Positions 38,539 through 48,672 of a DNA stretch of 50,928 bases are shown here, in pieces. Within the stretch, counting starts at the first letter, position 1; each line of letters opens with the position of its first letter. The notes beneath the pieces are model-generated. The model worked only from the letters and a program-made list of their open reading frames with translations. It had not been told where the DNA came from and did no database searches. Position numbers and translations under genes: made by a program. The stretch covers positions 1-50,928 of the forward strand of contig JBGULD010000042.1 in the NCBI GenBank assembly GCA_045114745.1, given 5' to 3'. The DNA is from Bacilli bacterium (GTDB lineage Bacteria > Bacillota_I > Bacilli_A > RFN20 > CAG-826).

Positions 38539-40026
38539 ATGAAAAAGACACCTTTTGATAATGATAAATATTTAAAGATTCAAAGAGAGAAAATTCTCCA
38601 AAGAATCAGTAAGTTTGGTGATAAGCTTTACCTTGAATTTGGTGGCAAACTTTTTGATGACTTACACGCTTCAAGAGTATTGCCGGGATTCCAACCTGAT
38701 AGCAAACTTCAAATGTTATTAGGTATTAAAGATAAAGCGGAGATTGTCATCGTCGTTAACGCAAACGATATTAACTCTAATAAATTAAGAGGAGATATCG
38801 GTATCACCTATCAACAAGATGTTATGCGTCTAATCGATACATATAAAGAAGTTGGTTTATATGTTTCTTCCGTTATTATCTCTTTCTATCAAGATTTCCC
38901 CAATATTTCCGAATTTGAAAAGAGATTAGTTAACAACGATATTAAGGTATATAAATCTTATAAGATTAATGGTTACCCACAAGACATCCCACTTATCGTT
39001 AGCGATGAAGGTTTGGGCAAAAACGAATGGGTTAAAACTACTCGACCACTTGTGGTCGTCACCGCTCCCGGACCAGGAAGTGGTAAGATGGCGGCTTGTT
39101 TATCACAGATTTATCTTGATAACAAAAATGGCATTCGTGCTGGTTATGCGAAATATGAAACATTCCCAGTTTGGAATCTACCACTCAACCATCCAGTCAA
39201 CCTCGCTTATGAAGCTGCAACAATCGATTTAAACGATATCAATATGATTGACCCATACCATTTAGAAAAATATGGTGAAGCAGCGGTTAACTATAATAGA
39301 GACGTTGAAGTCTTCCCATTATTAAAAGCCATCTTTGAAAAGATTTATGGCGAAACACCATATCACTCACCAACCGATATGGGTGTCAATATGGTCGGCT
39401 TAGCCATCAAAGATGAAAAAGCCGTCATGTCGGCTTCTCGTAGAGAAATCGTCAGACGTTATTATGATACGAGATTAAAAATCTATTTAGGTAAGCTTCC
39501 TCCTGAATCATTAGAGAAGATGGAAATCCTTCTTAATAAAGCTGGTGTCTCTCCCAGCGATCGTAAATGCGTTAAAGCGGCGATGGATACACAAGCTAAA
39601 GAAGGTGAACCAAGTGAAGCTATTGAATTACCAAATGGTAAAATCATTACTGGTCATAGAAGTACACTATTAGGTGCTTCCGCAGCGTTACTTCTCAATA
39701 CCTTAAAACATCTCGCTAAGATTGATAAGAATATATTCTTGTTATCACCAAGTGTCATTGGTCCTATGCAAGAATTAAAAGTCACTCATCTCCATCGTAG
39801 TTATGTGAGACTTCGTGCTGAAGAAATTCTGCTCGCCTTATCTATTCAAGCTTTAACTAATCCGCTTGCGGATTTAGCGATTAAACAATTACCAAAATTA
39901 AAAGGTTCAGAATTACATTCCACCACTATGCTTTCCGAGGTTGACTTAAAGACCTTAAAGCTATTAGGTATTAATGTTACTGAAGAGCCAATGAACTATC
40001 AAAGAAAGCTCTATTACAAAGGATAA
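38539..40026 (+). CDS. DUF1846 (UPF0371) family protein
   Basis: YLEFGGKLFDDLHASRVLPGF, TAPGPGSGK, YAKYETFP, SPTDMGVNM. Confidence 0.9.
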   Translation: MKKTPFDNDKYLKIQREKILQRISKFGDKLYLEFGGKLFDDLHASRVLPGFQPDSKLQMLLGIKDKAEIVIVVNANDINSNKLRGDIGITYQQDVMRLIDTYKEVGLYVSSVIISFYQDFPNISEFEKRLVNNDIKVYKSYKINGYPQDIPLIVSDEGLGKNEWVKTTRPLVVVTAPGPGSGKMAACLSQIYLDNKNGIRAGYAKYETFPVWNLPLNHPVNLAYEAATIDLNDINMIDPYHLEKYGEAAVNYNRDVEVFPLLKAIFEKIYGETPYHSPTDMGVNMVGLAIKDEKAVMSASRREIVRRYYDTRLKIYLGKLPPESLEKMEILLNKAGVSPSDRKCVKAAMDTQAKEGEPSEAIELPNGKIITGHRSTLLGASAALLLNTLKHLAKIDKNIFLLSPSVIGPMQELKVTHLHRSYVRLRAEEILLALSIQALTNPLADLAIKQLPKLKGSELHSTTMLSEVDLKTLKLLGINVTEEPMNYQRKLYYKG

Positions 40027-40029
40027 AAG

Positions 40030-40060
40030 AAATCCAGGAAATCTAAGTCCTGGATTTTTC
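40030..40060. terminator. Bidirectional terminator
   Basis: aaatccagga-aatctaag-tcctggattt between convergent stop codons. Confidence 0.75.
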
Positions 40061-40699
40061 TTATTCAACGATATAGGTGATTGTCATCTGATGGATAAAC
40101 ACCCGATGTTTAGCGCCATCATTTGAGATTTTTAATGAGGTGATTGGAGTTTCAAAATCGATAGTTCCATTCACTTCTTCTGGCATTACTGTGGTATCAG
40201 TAACATTGAGATTAAATGCCTTTCCACCAATAGTAATTTCAGATGCAGAATCGACATTTATTTTTTCGCCATTATATTCATATTTGTTGTAATAAGGCTG
40301 CAAAACTACATCAATTTTACTAATTTTATAGTTAAAAGTGATATTTAGCTCTCCACCAGCAGAACCGGTTCCTACACCTAAAGAAACTGGTGTATTAGGG
40401 ATGCCTATCTTTTTAAAATAGGTCTTGCTCGCTGTGAATTCTTTCATGATGTTGACGTGCTCATTCATCACGCCAGTAAACACATTTCTAGCGGCGTCAT
40501 TAGCTAAGTCAGCACCATCTTGAATAGTGTCAATTCCTTTGAAGGACACAGTTAAAGGATCGTTACCTCCCGGAGAAAGAGAAGTTATTGATGGGTCACT
40601 TTCATTCGCACTATTATCAATACTGGAAGTTTCCACCACCTTTTTAGTGCAACCGCAAAGTAAAACAGCAGGTAATAAAACTAATAATATCTTTTTCAT
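40061..40699 (-). CDS. Hypothetical lipoprotein
   Basis: MKK plus hydrophobic stretch plus LCGC lipobox; beta-rich mature part. Confidence 0.75.
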   Translation of the reverse strand: MKKILLVLLPAVLLCGCTKKVVETSSIDNSANESDPSITSLSPGGNDPLTVSFKGIDTIQDGADLANDAARNVFTGVMNEHVNIMKEFTASKTYFKKIGIPNTPVSLGVGTGSAGGELNITFNYKISKIDVVLQPYYNKYEYNGEKINVDSASEITIGGKAFNLNVTDTTVMPEEVNGTIDFETPITSLKISNDGAKHRVFIHQMTITYIVE

Positions 40700-40702
40700 G
40701 GA

Positions 40703-41596
40703 TTATTTCTTAATGCCACAAGCCGCTCTGGTTTGATCGTTTGTGTCGCCCCAAATCTTGCAACCTAATTCTGGATGGTCAATAAATGGATTTCTATTTC
40801 CTTGACCATCTTTATGGGTTTCAATGAGATTGTTTCTACTTAATTCGGTTCTTCTAGCCAAATCATCTTCTTTTCCGTATGTTGTTATAGCAGGATGATA
40901 AGTCATGCACCAAGCAAGCATTTCACTTAAACAACCCATACGATCAGTTAGGCCATCTCTAATACCACTATAGTTGAGTGGATCTTCAATAAGTTTTAAT
41001 GTGGGATCAGCAATCGCGCAATAAAAGATAATACGGGAAGCAGAACCACGATAATATGGAACAAATTGCCCTGGGTCATAGCTCTTAGTGCTATAGCCTT
41101 TACTACCACGGTCTTCATTTATTGATTTAGCAGTTGGTCTCACCATGTGAGCATCGTCTTCAACCTTGCTTCCACCTCTAACGTTTGGCCAAACGTGTTC
41201 TCTGTTCCAAGTAGATCCATTATCCCAAGACGGGCCCACTAATTCATTATTATAGAAACCAACAATTTTGCCACCACCATCAGGGTTAGCATCAAAAATA
41301 GGTAATTTGTATCTCAATTCTTTATAGCCAATTGTCTTTTTCCTCTTTTTGTTGTTCAAAGTTTTAAGAGCATTTAAAAGTTCAGTCCCTCTTAAACTCT
41401 TAGGAATGTCACTGTAGTAACCGTCATAATTACCTTCGTTATCATTTTGCCAATCATAATCAGCGGGACTTCCCCCTCCGTCATTTGATGTTGGGTTACC
41501 ACTTGGGTTACTGTTTGTGCTATCACTTGTAGTTTTTGTACATCCACTTAATAAAGCGATAGCGAGTAATGGCACTAAAAAGATGGTTTTCTTCAT
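40703..41596 (-). CDS. Endonuclease I (His-Me; EndA/Bsn-like) lipoprotein
   Basis: Lipobox LSGC, WNREHVWP, DAHMVRP, RG..SRIIFY, QGNRNPFIDHPE. Confidence 0.88.
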   Translation of the reverse strand: MKKTIFLVPLLAIALLSGCTKTTSDSTNSNPSGNPTSNDGGGSPADYDWQNDNEGNYDGYYSDIPKSLRGTELLNALKTLNNKKRKKTIGYKELRYKLPIFDANPDGGGKIVGFYNNELVGPSWDNGSTWNREHVWPNVRGGSKVEDDAHMVRPTAKSINEDRGSKGYSTKSYDPGQFVPYYRGSASRIIFYCAIADPTLKLIEDPLNYSGIRDGLTDRMGCLSEMLAWCMTYHPAITTYGKEDDLARRTELSRNNLIETHKDGQGNRNPFIDHPELGCKIWGDTNDQTRAACGIKK

Positions 41597-41597
41597 A

Positions 41598-42368
41598 TTA
41601 TCGATTCTCCCTTCTCAACATAAAGAAATAGAAAATTGCTAAATATAATGCTGCTCCCACAAAGAAACAGGTTACGGTAATGTAGTATTTATAACTAGCA
41701 TTACTTAATGAGACTTTATATAACATTTCGTTACAAATGGTAAATATCATACTGAATGTAATTGGAACAATAACATTGTTTGTGTATTCATATAAGAAGC
41801 CAAGAATGACACCGATACCATAGACGAAGATGATGGAAATGAGTTCGACAGGATTAATAATTCCTCTCATGTCATATAACATCGCAAAGAAATACGCTAA
41901 AGCGTATAAAGCGGAAGTGATAAAGATTCTGACGATTTTATGACCAAAGGTAATATTTCTTTGAATTAAGAAACGGAATAATAATTCTTCTTCGACCACC
42001 ATGACAACGATTGAGACGAACTTCAATATTTCTAAAGTATTATTTCCGTTAGAATTAAAAACAGCGTCTAATGGATTTGGAATGGAAGATTTAGTTACTA
42101 CCGCTAGATAGAAGACATTAAAGAAGGCCACAAAGAATAAAGGTAGTAATAAGAAGAGATTTGAGAATCTAGTCCTTCCTGTATATGTCTTAAACATCTT
42201 TGTGAGCAACGAGAAAATGATGATGAAAATAAGGTAGGCAATTCTTAATCCTAATTCCACACCATAAAGAACATATGAGTCGCTAGTAAATAAGTAAGTT
42301 GGGAACGATATAATAGCGAGATAAATAAATAGTATTATGAGAATGTAAATACCTTTTTTATTATTCAT
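41598..42368 (-). CDS. CPBP/Abi (CAAX protease-like) membrane protein with degenerate active site
   Basis: EELLFR motif and G..LG.LY..T.N...PI segment present; both conserved His absent. Confidence 0.7.
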   Translation of the reverse strand: MNNKKGIYILIILFIYLAIISFPTYLFTSDSYVLYGVELGLRIAYLIFIIIFSLLTKMFKTYTGRTRFSNLFLLLPLFFVAFFNVFYLAVVTKSSIPNPLDAVFNSNGNNTLEILKFVSIVVMVVEEELLFRFLIQRNITFGHKIVRIFITSALYALAYFFAMLYDMRGIINPVELISIIFVYGIGVILGFLYEYTNNVIVPITFSMIFTICNEMLYKVSLSNASYKYYITVTCFFVGAALYLAIFYFFMLRRENR

Positions 42369-42492
42369 AGTCTTCTATTATCTCTAATTTTAACAAATTA
42401 GCAACAAGAGAGAAAACCACATTAAAAAAATCGTACAAAGTACGATTCATTTTCAATTTCTCTAATCATTTCCACAAAAATGGAAATGAATA

Positions 42493-42864
42493 TTAATACT
42501 GCGTCTTATTTTTGACGACCTTTCTAATCCCACCTCTTGGGTTATCTTGATCACCACTATAACGAGGAATGACATGCATGTGGCAGTGCATAACACTTTG
42601 GCCCGCACTTAGACCAACATTGAAGCCAACATTATATCCATCTGGATGATATTTCTCATCGAGATATTCTTTAACTTTTTGTGAAAGAGTGAAGATGGAT
42701 TCCATCTCTTCTTTGGTTAAATCGAAATAAGTTTCCACATGTCTTTTAGGAATGATTAAAGTATGGCCATCGCTGACAGGGAAACTATCAAAAAACGCCA
42801 CCGCTAAATCATTTTCAAAAAGAATATCTTTATCTTTGATAATTTTGCAAAATACGCAATCCAT
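42493..42864 (-). CDS. HIT-family nucleotide hydrolase
   Basis: MDCVFC, FPVSDGHTLIIPKRH, AGQSVMHCHMHVIPR; start set to ATG 42864. Confidence 0.92.
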   Translation of the reverse strand: MDCVFCKIIKDKDILFENDLAVAFFDSFPVSDGHTLIIPKRHVETYFDLTKEEMESIFTLSQKVKEYLDEKYHPDGYNVGFNVGLSAGQSVMHCHMHVIPRYSGDQDNPRGGIRKVVKNKTQY

Positions 42865-42865
42865 A

Positions 42866-44539
42866 CTAGTGAGAAATCGCAATATTGGAATTGTAGTAAG
42901 TGTATGTACCACTAGCCAATTCAAGCTTGGCAAATACAGATTTATTAATTGCTTCAGCTGTAGAAATCTTCGTGGTCATAACTGATGTTGCATCAGATTG
43001 AATATTGATTGGTGTATCACTTAAAAGTGATAAGTAGTTACCATATGCTTGTCCACTAGTTGCTGAACCAGAAATGCAATATATAGCCGCACCATTATTG
43101 ATGCCATTTAAGCCAACGGTTTCGGCATTAACATAAGAAACGGTGTTATAGCCTTCAAGAGGTTTAACTTGGCTAATAACGCATTGTCTAGCATCAAAAG
43201 TAATCTTATATAAGACACCATTTCTCATCGCTAATAAGTAATGATCAGTTAAATAGTTTGTGTAAATCTTTTCGTATTCAAATGGAATGGCAATTTTGCC
43301 TTCATGATTGACTGCACCAAAGTTACCATCTTTTTGACAGATGATGAGTTCGGCATTGGTGACAAATTCAGGTTGTAAGCCATCCAAAATGGAGATTTCG
43401 TTAAGGTAACCATCATAGATGGTTTTTGATGCGGTATTGTAATAATTGTTACCAAATCTAACAAAGCTTCCTAAGGCAATACCAGTAACGTTATCATGAA
43501 GTGCACCGGCACCATCGATGATATATGTTTCGGTGGTATTTGAAAGAATCTTTTTGTCAGAAATGGTTCTCAAATTTGCGTAGCTATATGAATAGACACC
43601 TTTATCGTTGAAGAATGGTTTGATATCGTTTTCATTTGTGCCTAAAACATATTTCACATCAATCGCTTCTTTTTTCGCGGTTAAATAATTAATGCGATAT
43701 GTTTCTAAAGAATATCTATCACCAGATGGATCAATGTAGTCATAACTATTATTGTTGTCATCTAATTTAACACTGGTTTGATAAATCAAATAATCACCGA
43801 CAAAGAATTCGGTATCGCATGTTGGATCAGTGAATGATGCCACTTCATTATTAGAGCTATCAAAAATGACATAACGACCACTACTCTTAAATTTCTTATA
43901 GCCTATATGACCATAATTATCGAGTGATTCATAAGTAATACCTTGTAAGGAAGAACCTTGCTCATAGTCGCTATCACCATTAACTAATGTTAATGTTAAT
44001 GAAGCAAGACCATTAGCGTCATAGACAAAATATTGATGTCTTTGATTAATAATGACATGCGCTGCGGCAGTACCACTAGTCGGTTCAATATAATCAAGAG
44101 CTTCTAATGTATCGATGGTTTGTTCGTTATCTTTAACTAATGTGTTTCCTAAAGCATCATAAACACTGGTTCTGCCATCTTCTGTCACACTGATAAATCC
44201 ACCTGCTAAAGAGGATGGGAATGTTCTCACTGTGCCACTTGTTGTGGAGCAGATAACTTCACCTTTAACAATACTGTAATAATGTTTCTTGGCAGCGGTA
44301 TCCACTATTTCTAAAAATCCAGGAGCGCCTAAAACATTAACAATAGAAATGTTTTCTACAGGAAGAACTTTATTCACTAAATCGAAATTAGAGAAAATGT
44401 ATTTTTTATCAACTTTTGTATTCGCTTTTAAAACTAGGTCGTTAATAACGTCACCTTTTTTATTTCCATTTTTCTTTCCTTTACAACCACTTAAGGCCAA
44501 GAGAAGAACTATTGGTAAGATAAATAATTTTTTGTTCAT
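42866..44539 (-). CDS. Hypothetical lipoprotein with a WG-repeat-like segment
   Basis: Lipobox LSGC; KDGNFGAVNHEGKIAIPFEYEKI resembles a WG/KWG repeat. Confidence 0.75.
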   Translation of the reverse strand: MNKKLFILPIVLLLALSGCKGKKNGNKKGDVINDLVLKANTKVDKKYIFSNFDLVNKVLPVENISIVNVLGAPGFLEIVDTAAKKHYYSIVKGEVICSTTSGTVRTFPSSLAGGFISVTEDGRTSVYDALGNTLVKDNEQTIDTLEALDYIEPTSGTAAAHVIINQRHQYFVYDANGLASLTLTLVNGDSDYEQGSSLQGITYESLDNYGHIGYKKFKSSGRYVIFDSSNNEVASFTDPTCDTEFFVGDYLIYQTSVKLDDNNNSYDYIDPSGDRYSLETYRINYLTAKKEAIDVKYVLGTNENDIKPFFNDKGVYSYSYANLRTISDKKILSNTTETYIIDGAGALHDNVTGIALGSFVRFGNNYYNTASKTIYDGYLNEISILDGLQPEFVTNAELIICQKDGNFGAVNHEGKIAIPFEYEKIYTNYLTDHYLLAMRNGVLYKITFDARQCVISQVKPLEGYNTVSYVNAETVGLNGINNGAAIYCISGSATSGQAYGNYLSLLSDTPINIQSDATSVMTTKISTAEAINKSVFAKLELASGTYTYYNSNIAISH

Positions 44540-44592
44540 AATTTATCACCTCGGGTTTTTATTGTACTACGATTCTCATGCGTGTACATAAG

Positions 44593-44621
44593 AAAAAACT
44601 CCACAATATAATGCGGAGTTT
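44593..44621 (-). terminator. Terminator after the MBL-fold gene
   Basis: Minus strand aaactccgca...tggagttt followed by a T run. Confidence 0.6.
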
Positions 44622-44629
44622 GAAAATTA

Positions 44630-46030
44630 TTAGGTTGTTGGCCAGGTTCGATTCGCTTTGAACCAATCGGTATCCTTTAGGATAACTGAGTTATTACTAC
44701 CGGTTACAGTATATTCTGAACCTTTTAATGATTTGAATGTAATATTTCCATTCAAAGATTTGTATTTCTTTTCTTCATCATAGACTGTGGTGACATAAAT
44801 CTTTTCGGTATATTTGCCAAGTCTATTGATTGCGGCTTGCGCTGGGAATGTATTTTCTAAGTTCTTTGTGTATTCAGTAGAACCAGCACAGCAGCAGATA
44901 CAAACTGTTTCTGGTTTGATAATACTTAATAACTCATCAGTGTTCGCGGTATAACTACCATGGTGAGCACCTTTGAATAATTGAACTTGTGGTAAATCGT
45001 TATGGGCCACTAGTGATTTTTCACCATCTTTTTCTAAGTCACCGGTGAATAGATAATTGTTTTCGCCTTGTCTGAATAAAGTACAAACTGAATAATCGTT
45101 TTCATCGCTAGTTTCTTTTTCATAGAATTCTTGATAAAGGATTTCCATCTCAATACCAGGAGCAACATCGAATATTTTAGATGCACCATTTTGTTCTTTG
45201 ACACAATCTAGGGCTGTGTAATGAACCGCACCACTTTTCACTTCGGCATCTCTTTTGGCGACATAGTCGTTATAAACCTTGGAATCAGTATTGTGTAAAT
45301 TGAAGTCAATAATAGTTCCCACTTCATATTTATCAAAGATACCAGGAGCGGAACTAGTTCCCACAAAGCCAGCAATGTGATCTTGGTGAGCATGTGTGGC
45401 AATGACATATTCTAATTTGCCATCATCGCAATATTCATCAATGAATTTACTAATTGTCGCGGCGGAAGCATTTCTACTGCCAGCATCAATTAAGATATCG
45501 GTTTCGCCCGCTTTGATATAGGTGGAGTCGCCTGTATATTCATTTCCTAGTTCTAGGAAATTGATGTTCATCTCCACTGTGTCTCTAACCAAAAGAGTTC
45601 TTCTAATGGATTTATGGAGTCGTTGATAATCAATTGTGTAATCAACATAATAATCATTTTCGGCTTCAGTGTTGATCTTGGTTACGACATTTTCACTTTT
45701 GTCTTTATAAGTGATTTGAGCTTTATCAGAAATATCCTTGCCGTTATATGTAGCTTGAATACCTTTTTCTTTATATTCGGTATTTAATCCAACATAAGTC
45801 TTAGAACCACCAATGCATTTAAACACCACTGTGGGGTTGAAATATTTATAAGCAAAATAACCGCCCACTGCCGCACCAGCGATAACGATAAAGACAATAA
45901 TTAAAATAGCAATTATCTTTGGATTCTTTTTCGCTGCTTTGGCAACTTTCTTGGTGGTTTTCTTCACAATCTTATTTGTGGTTTTATTTGAAGACGATTT
46001 TGAAGACGAACTACTTTTCTTATTAGCCAT
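44630..46030 (-). CDS. Membrane-anchored metallo-beta-lactamase-fold hydrolase (ComEC/Rec2 C-terminal-like) with an Ig-like domain
   Basis: Basic N-terminal tail plus TM; GDS, LIDAG, THAHQDH, NDYS, LFTGD, HHGS. Confidence 0.85.
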   Translation of the reverse strand: MANKKSSSSSKSSSNKTTNKIVKKTTKKVAKAAKKNPKIIAILIIVFIVIAGAAVGGYFAYKYFNPTVVFKCIGGSKTYVGLNTEYKEKGIQATYNGKDISDKAQITYKDKSENVVTKINTEAENDYYVDYTIDYQRLHKSIRRTLLVRDTVEMNINFLELGNEYTGDSTYIKAGETDILIDAGSRNASAATISKFIDEYCDDGKLEYVIATHAHQDHIAGFVGTSSAPGIFDKYEVGTIIDFNLHNTDSKVYNDYVAKRDAEVKSGAVHYTALDCVKEQNGASKIFDVAPGIEMEILYQEFYEKETSDENDYSVCTLFRQGENNYLFTGDLEKDGEKSLVAHNDLPQVQLFKGAHHGSYTANTDELLSIIKPETVCICCCAGSTEYTKNLENTFPAQAAINRLGKYTEKIYVTTVYDEEKKYKSLNGNITFKSLKGSEYTVTGSNNSVILKDTDWFKANRTWPTT

Positions 46031-46033
46031 AGA

Positions 46034-47350
46034 TTACTCCTCCTTTTTTATTATATTCCGATTTACCTTTTCCCATTTAGGTTTTGAAAAAACACCAATG
46101 GTGATTGTCACCACATAAACGATAGAAAAGATTGGGAATAATAAGATGCCAGAAACCAAATCTCTTCTTCTTTTGGCACCTAGTTTTTTATAGTCAGATA
46201 AGACCATTAATGTGGCTTGAAGAATACCACAGAAAACAAATAAAACACTGACCATTGTCACAATTAATGCGGTGGTATATCCAACCCAGTTTAAATCCTT
46301 AAACCATAAAAAATCCCTGACAAAACCCGCATCATTTCCTAAAAAATGGTAAATATAGGCATAAATATAAAAGCCCGGTAACCAAATACAAAGGATAGGA
46401 CAAAGTGGAATAAATAGATACGTTAACCAGTTTTCAATAAAGGAGAAATTAAGGTTTTTAAATGTGTAGAAAAATAACTTTGGAGTATAACGGATTAACA
46501 TCCTTGTGTTACCCGCACCAAGACGTTTGTTTCTCGCTAAAGTATCACGCATTGTGGATGGTAAATCTTCATAGACAATCGCATCTTCCACATAATGACA
46601 TCTATATTTTTCAAACATTCTTTTGAAGTTGAATTCGGTATCTTCACACATTGTCACTGTGTCATATCCACCGATACGTTTGATGATTTGATAATCAGTT
46701 AAACTTCCTGGACCATTAACGTGGGCATCTAAATGTAGTCTTTCTCTTACTCTAGAAGAGCAACGAGAATCAAATGTGTAATATAGACCACAAGCCTTTG
46801 TAAAACCATTTTGTGTCATGTTGAGAGCGGATTCATAAGGACGAGCAATCTTAGCGCCAGCATTATATGCATCATTCATTAGTAAGAGGAATTCATCGTT
46901 GATATGATTATCAGCATCAAGTCTAATGATGAAATCATATTCGATTCCTTCTTTTAATAATTCCGCAAAGCCATATTTAAGAGCATAGCCCACCATATGA
47001 TGTTTTGGATCATCGTCAAAATGTTCATAGACTTTTGTCGCACCTGCTTTCTTAGCAAGTTCCGCGGTGTTATCTGTGCAGTTATCGGCAATGACATAAA
47101 TATCAAACATCTCACGAGGATATTTTTGCTTATCAATAACTGATTTGACTGTATCAAAAATCACATCCGCTTCATTGTGAGCGGGGATCACTATCGCCAC
47201 ACGATTAATCTTATCTGTCTTCTTCCATTTCTTTTTTGGTATCCAGAAAAGAAGCATATAGATTAACTGCAAAAAGAAAGGCACGCCGATGACATACAAA
47301 ATCACGACATTAATAGTGTCTAAAACTTTATATAGTGTTTCGTACCACAT
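46034..47350 (-). CDS. Glycosyltransferase family 2 with C-terminal TM helices
   Basis: IPAHNE, ADNCTD, DAD, CED, RNKR (degenerate QxxRW). Confidence 0.88.
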   Translation of the reverse strand: MWYETLYKVLDTINVVILYVIGVPFFLQLIYMLLFWIPKKKWKKTDKINRVAIVIPAHNEADVIFDTVKSVIDKQKYPREMFDIYVIADNCTDNTAELAKKAGATKVYEHFDDDPKHHMVGYALKYGFAELLKEGIEYDFIIRLDADNHINDEFLLLMNDAYNAGAKIARPYESALNMTQNGFTKACGLYYTFDSRCSSRVRERLHLDAHVNGPGSLTDYQIIKRIGGYDTVTMCEDTEFNFKRMFEKYRCHYVEDAIVYEDLPSTMRDTLARNKRLGAGNTRMLIRYTPKLFFYTFKNLNFSFIENWLTYLFIPLCPILCIWLPGFYIYAYIYHFLGNDAGFVRDFLWFKDLNWVGYTTALIVTMVSVLFVFCGILQATLMVLSDYKKLGAKRRRDLVSGILLFPIFSIVYVVTITIGVFSKPKWEKVNRNIIKKEE

Positions 47351-47365
47351 TATCTATACCTATTA

Positions 47366-48106
47366 TTACTTGTTTAACCAAAATTTAATAGAGGCATCCG
47401 GCCAAATGGAAGCTTCGGTTTTGTCCGCTAAGCCAATGCCGTGAGGAGCTTTTTTAAATTTATATGCTTGATGGTCAATATTATTCTTTTCTAATTGTTC
47501 AATTAGTAAATCGCTATTAATGTGAGGAACGGATCTATCATTATTGCCTCTCCAAATAAATGTGCGAGGATAATCTTTATCAACATGCTGATAGACATTA
47601 CCAACCTTAAAAGCTTCTTCATTACCACGTGTAAACCATTTCGCAGTGCCTTTATGGGTCTTTCCAACTTCTAAAGTGATAACTGGGTAACAAAGAATTA
47701 ATAATTTTGGTTTTGGTAAATTATATTTACCATAGCCATATTCTTTTACTCCAAATAAAGCACACATGTGTCCACCTGCGGAGAAACCACATAGGGCATA
47801 ATTATCTAAAGATAATTTATATTGCTCTTTAATATCATTTAAAGCATGAACAATATCTTCTAATGGATTTGGATATTGAGCTTTTTCCTTGATGCGATAT
47901 CTTAACACAAAAGCGTTAAAACCATTCTTTTGGTAAAACTTAGCAACAGGTATTCCCTCAATAAAAGAGGCCACCATACGATAACCGCCACCGGGGCAAA
48001 TCACTATCACTGGAGCGTTCTTGTCTTTACATAAAAATGGAGTGAGTTCATATTCATTTTCATGTGAACATTCAACGTTATATTTGTGCCACTTTAATAA
48101 ATCCAT
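47366..48106 (-). CDS. Alpha/beta hydrolase (paralogue of 568-1314)
   Basis: CPGGGY, GFSAGG, YPVIT, DRSV, PHGIG. Confidence 0.85.
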   Translation of the reverse strand: MDLLKWHKYNVECSHENEYELTPFLCKDKNAPVIVICPGGGYRMVASFIEGIPVAKFYQKNGFNAFVLRYRIKEKAQYPNPLEDIVHALNDIKEQYKLSLDNYALCGFSAGGHMCALFGVKEYGYGKYNLPKPKLLILCYPVITLEVGKTHKGTAKWFTRGNEEAFKVGNVYQHVDKDYPRTFIWRGNNDRSVPHINSDLLIEQLEKNNIDHQAYKFKKAPHGIGLADKTEASIWPDASIKFWLNK

Positions 48107-48203
48107 AACGCGTATATTCTACATAAAGTAGATATACTATTCAAACACAAAAAGAAAAAGAGAGTTTTTAAGCTCTCTCAATCTAACTTTTTTGTTTGCT
48201 TGA

Positions 48204-48572
48204 TTATGCAGCAGCGCCTTCAGAAGCAGCAATTGCAGCGGCCACAACTGTAACAATTGTGACGATAATGGCGACGATAAACATAATAGCACCGAGAATG
48301 ATATCAACGATACCAAGTGGTTTTGCAACTTTACTAAATGTCTTGAATGGTTGTTGTTCGGTACTTCTATTAAGTGCTAAAGAGACAATGCCTAACACGA
48401 CACCAACAATAGCGACATACCATGCACAAGCAAAACCGAAACCAACGATTGATAAAATGAATGAAATCAATGCTTTTTTGGATTCTGGTCTCATGCCACC
48501 TTCTTGTTGTTCTTGTTGTTCAGGTTGTTCTGGTTCATTAACCACGATTTCTTCTTTTCTTTCTTCTTCCAT
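48204..48572 (-). CDS. Small membrane protein (DUF4190-like)
   Basis: Acidic N-terminus, A..SFILSI / LGIVSL / A..LGI hairpin pattern; AGGAGG SD. Confidence 0.7.
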   Translation of the reverse strand: MEEERKEEIVVNEPEQPEQQEQQEGGMRPESKKALISFILSIVGFGFACAWYVAIVGVVLGIVSLALNRSTEQQPFKTFSKVAKPLGIVDIILGAIMFIVAIIVTIVTVVAAAIAASEGAAA

Positions 48573-48672
48573 GGAAAAATCCTCCTGACAATATGATATA
48601 CCATTTTTAATAACATAAGTATTAGAAAGTAAAAGAAAAAGGGACTAACCCTTCTTCAACTTAATAGTTTTA

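Noticed and set aside
44630-46030. comEC call (and comEB for the deaminase at 35027)
   Set aside because: No multi-TM competence domain and no comE operon context; only the shared folds are present.
48196-48588. 130-aa plus-strand ORF and other short antisense ORFs in the track
   Set aside because: Shadows of well-supported genes on the opposite strand.
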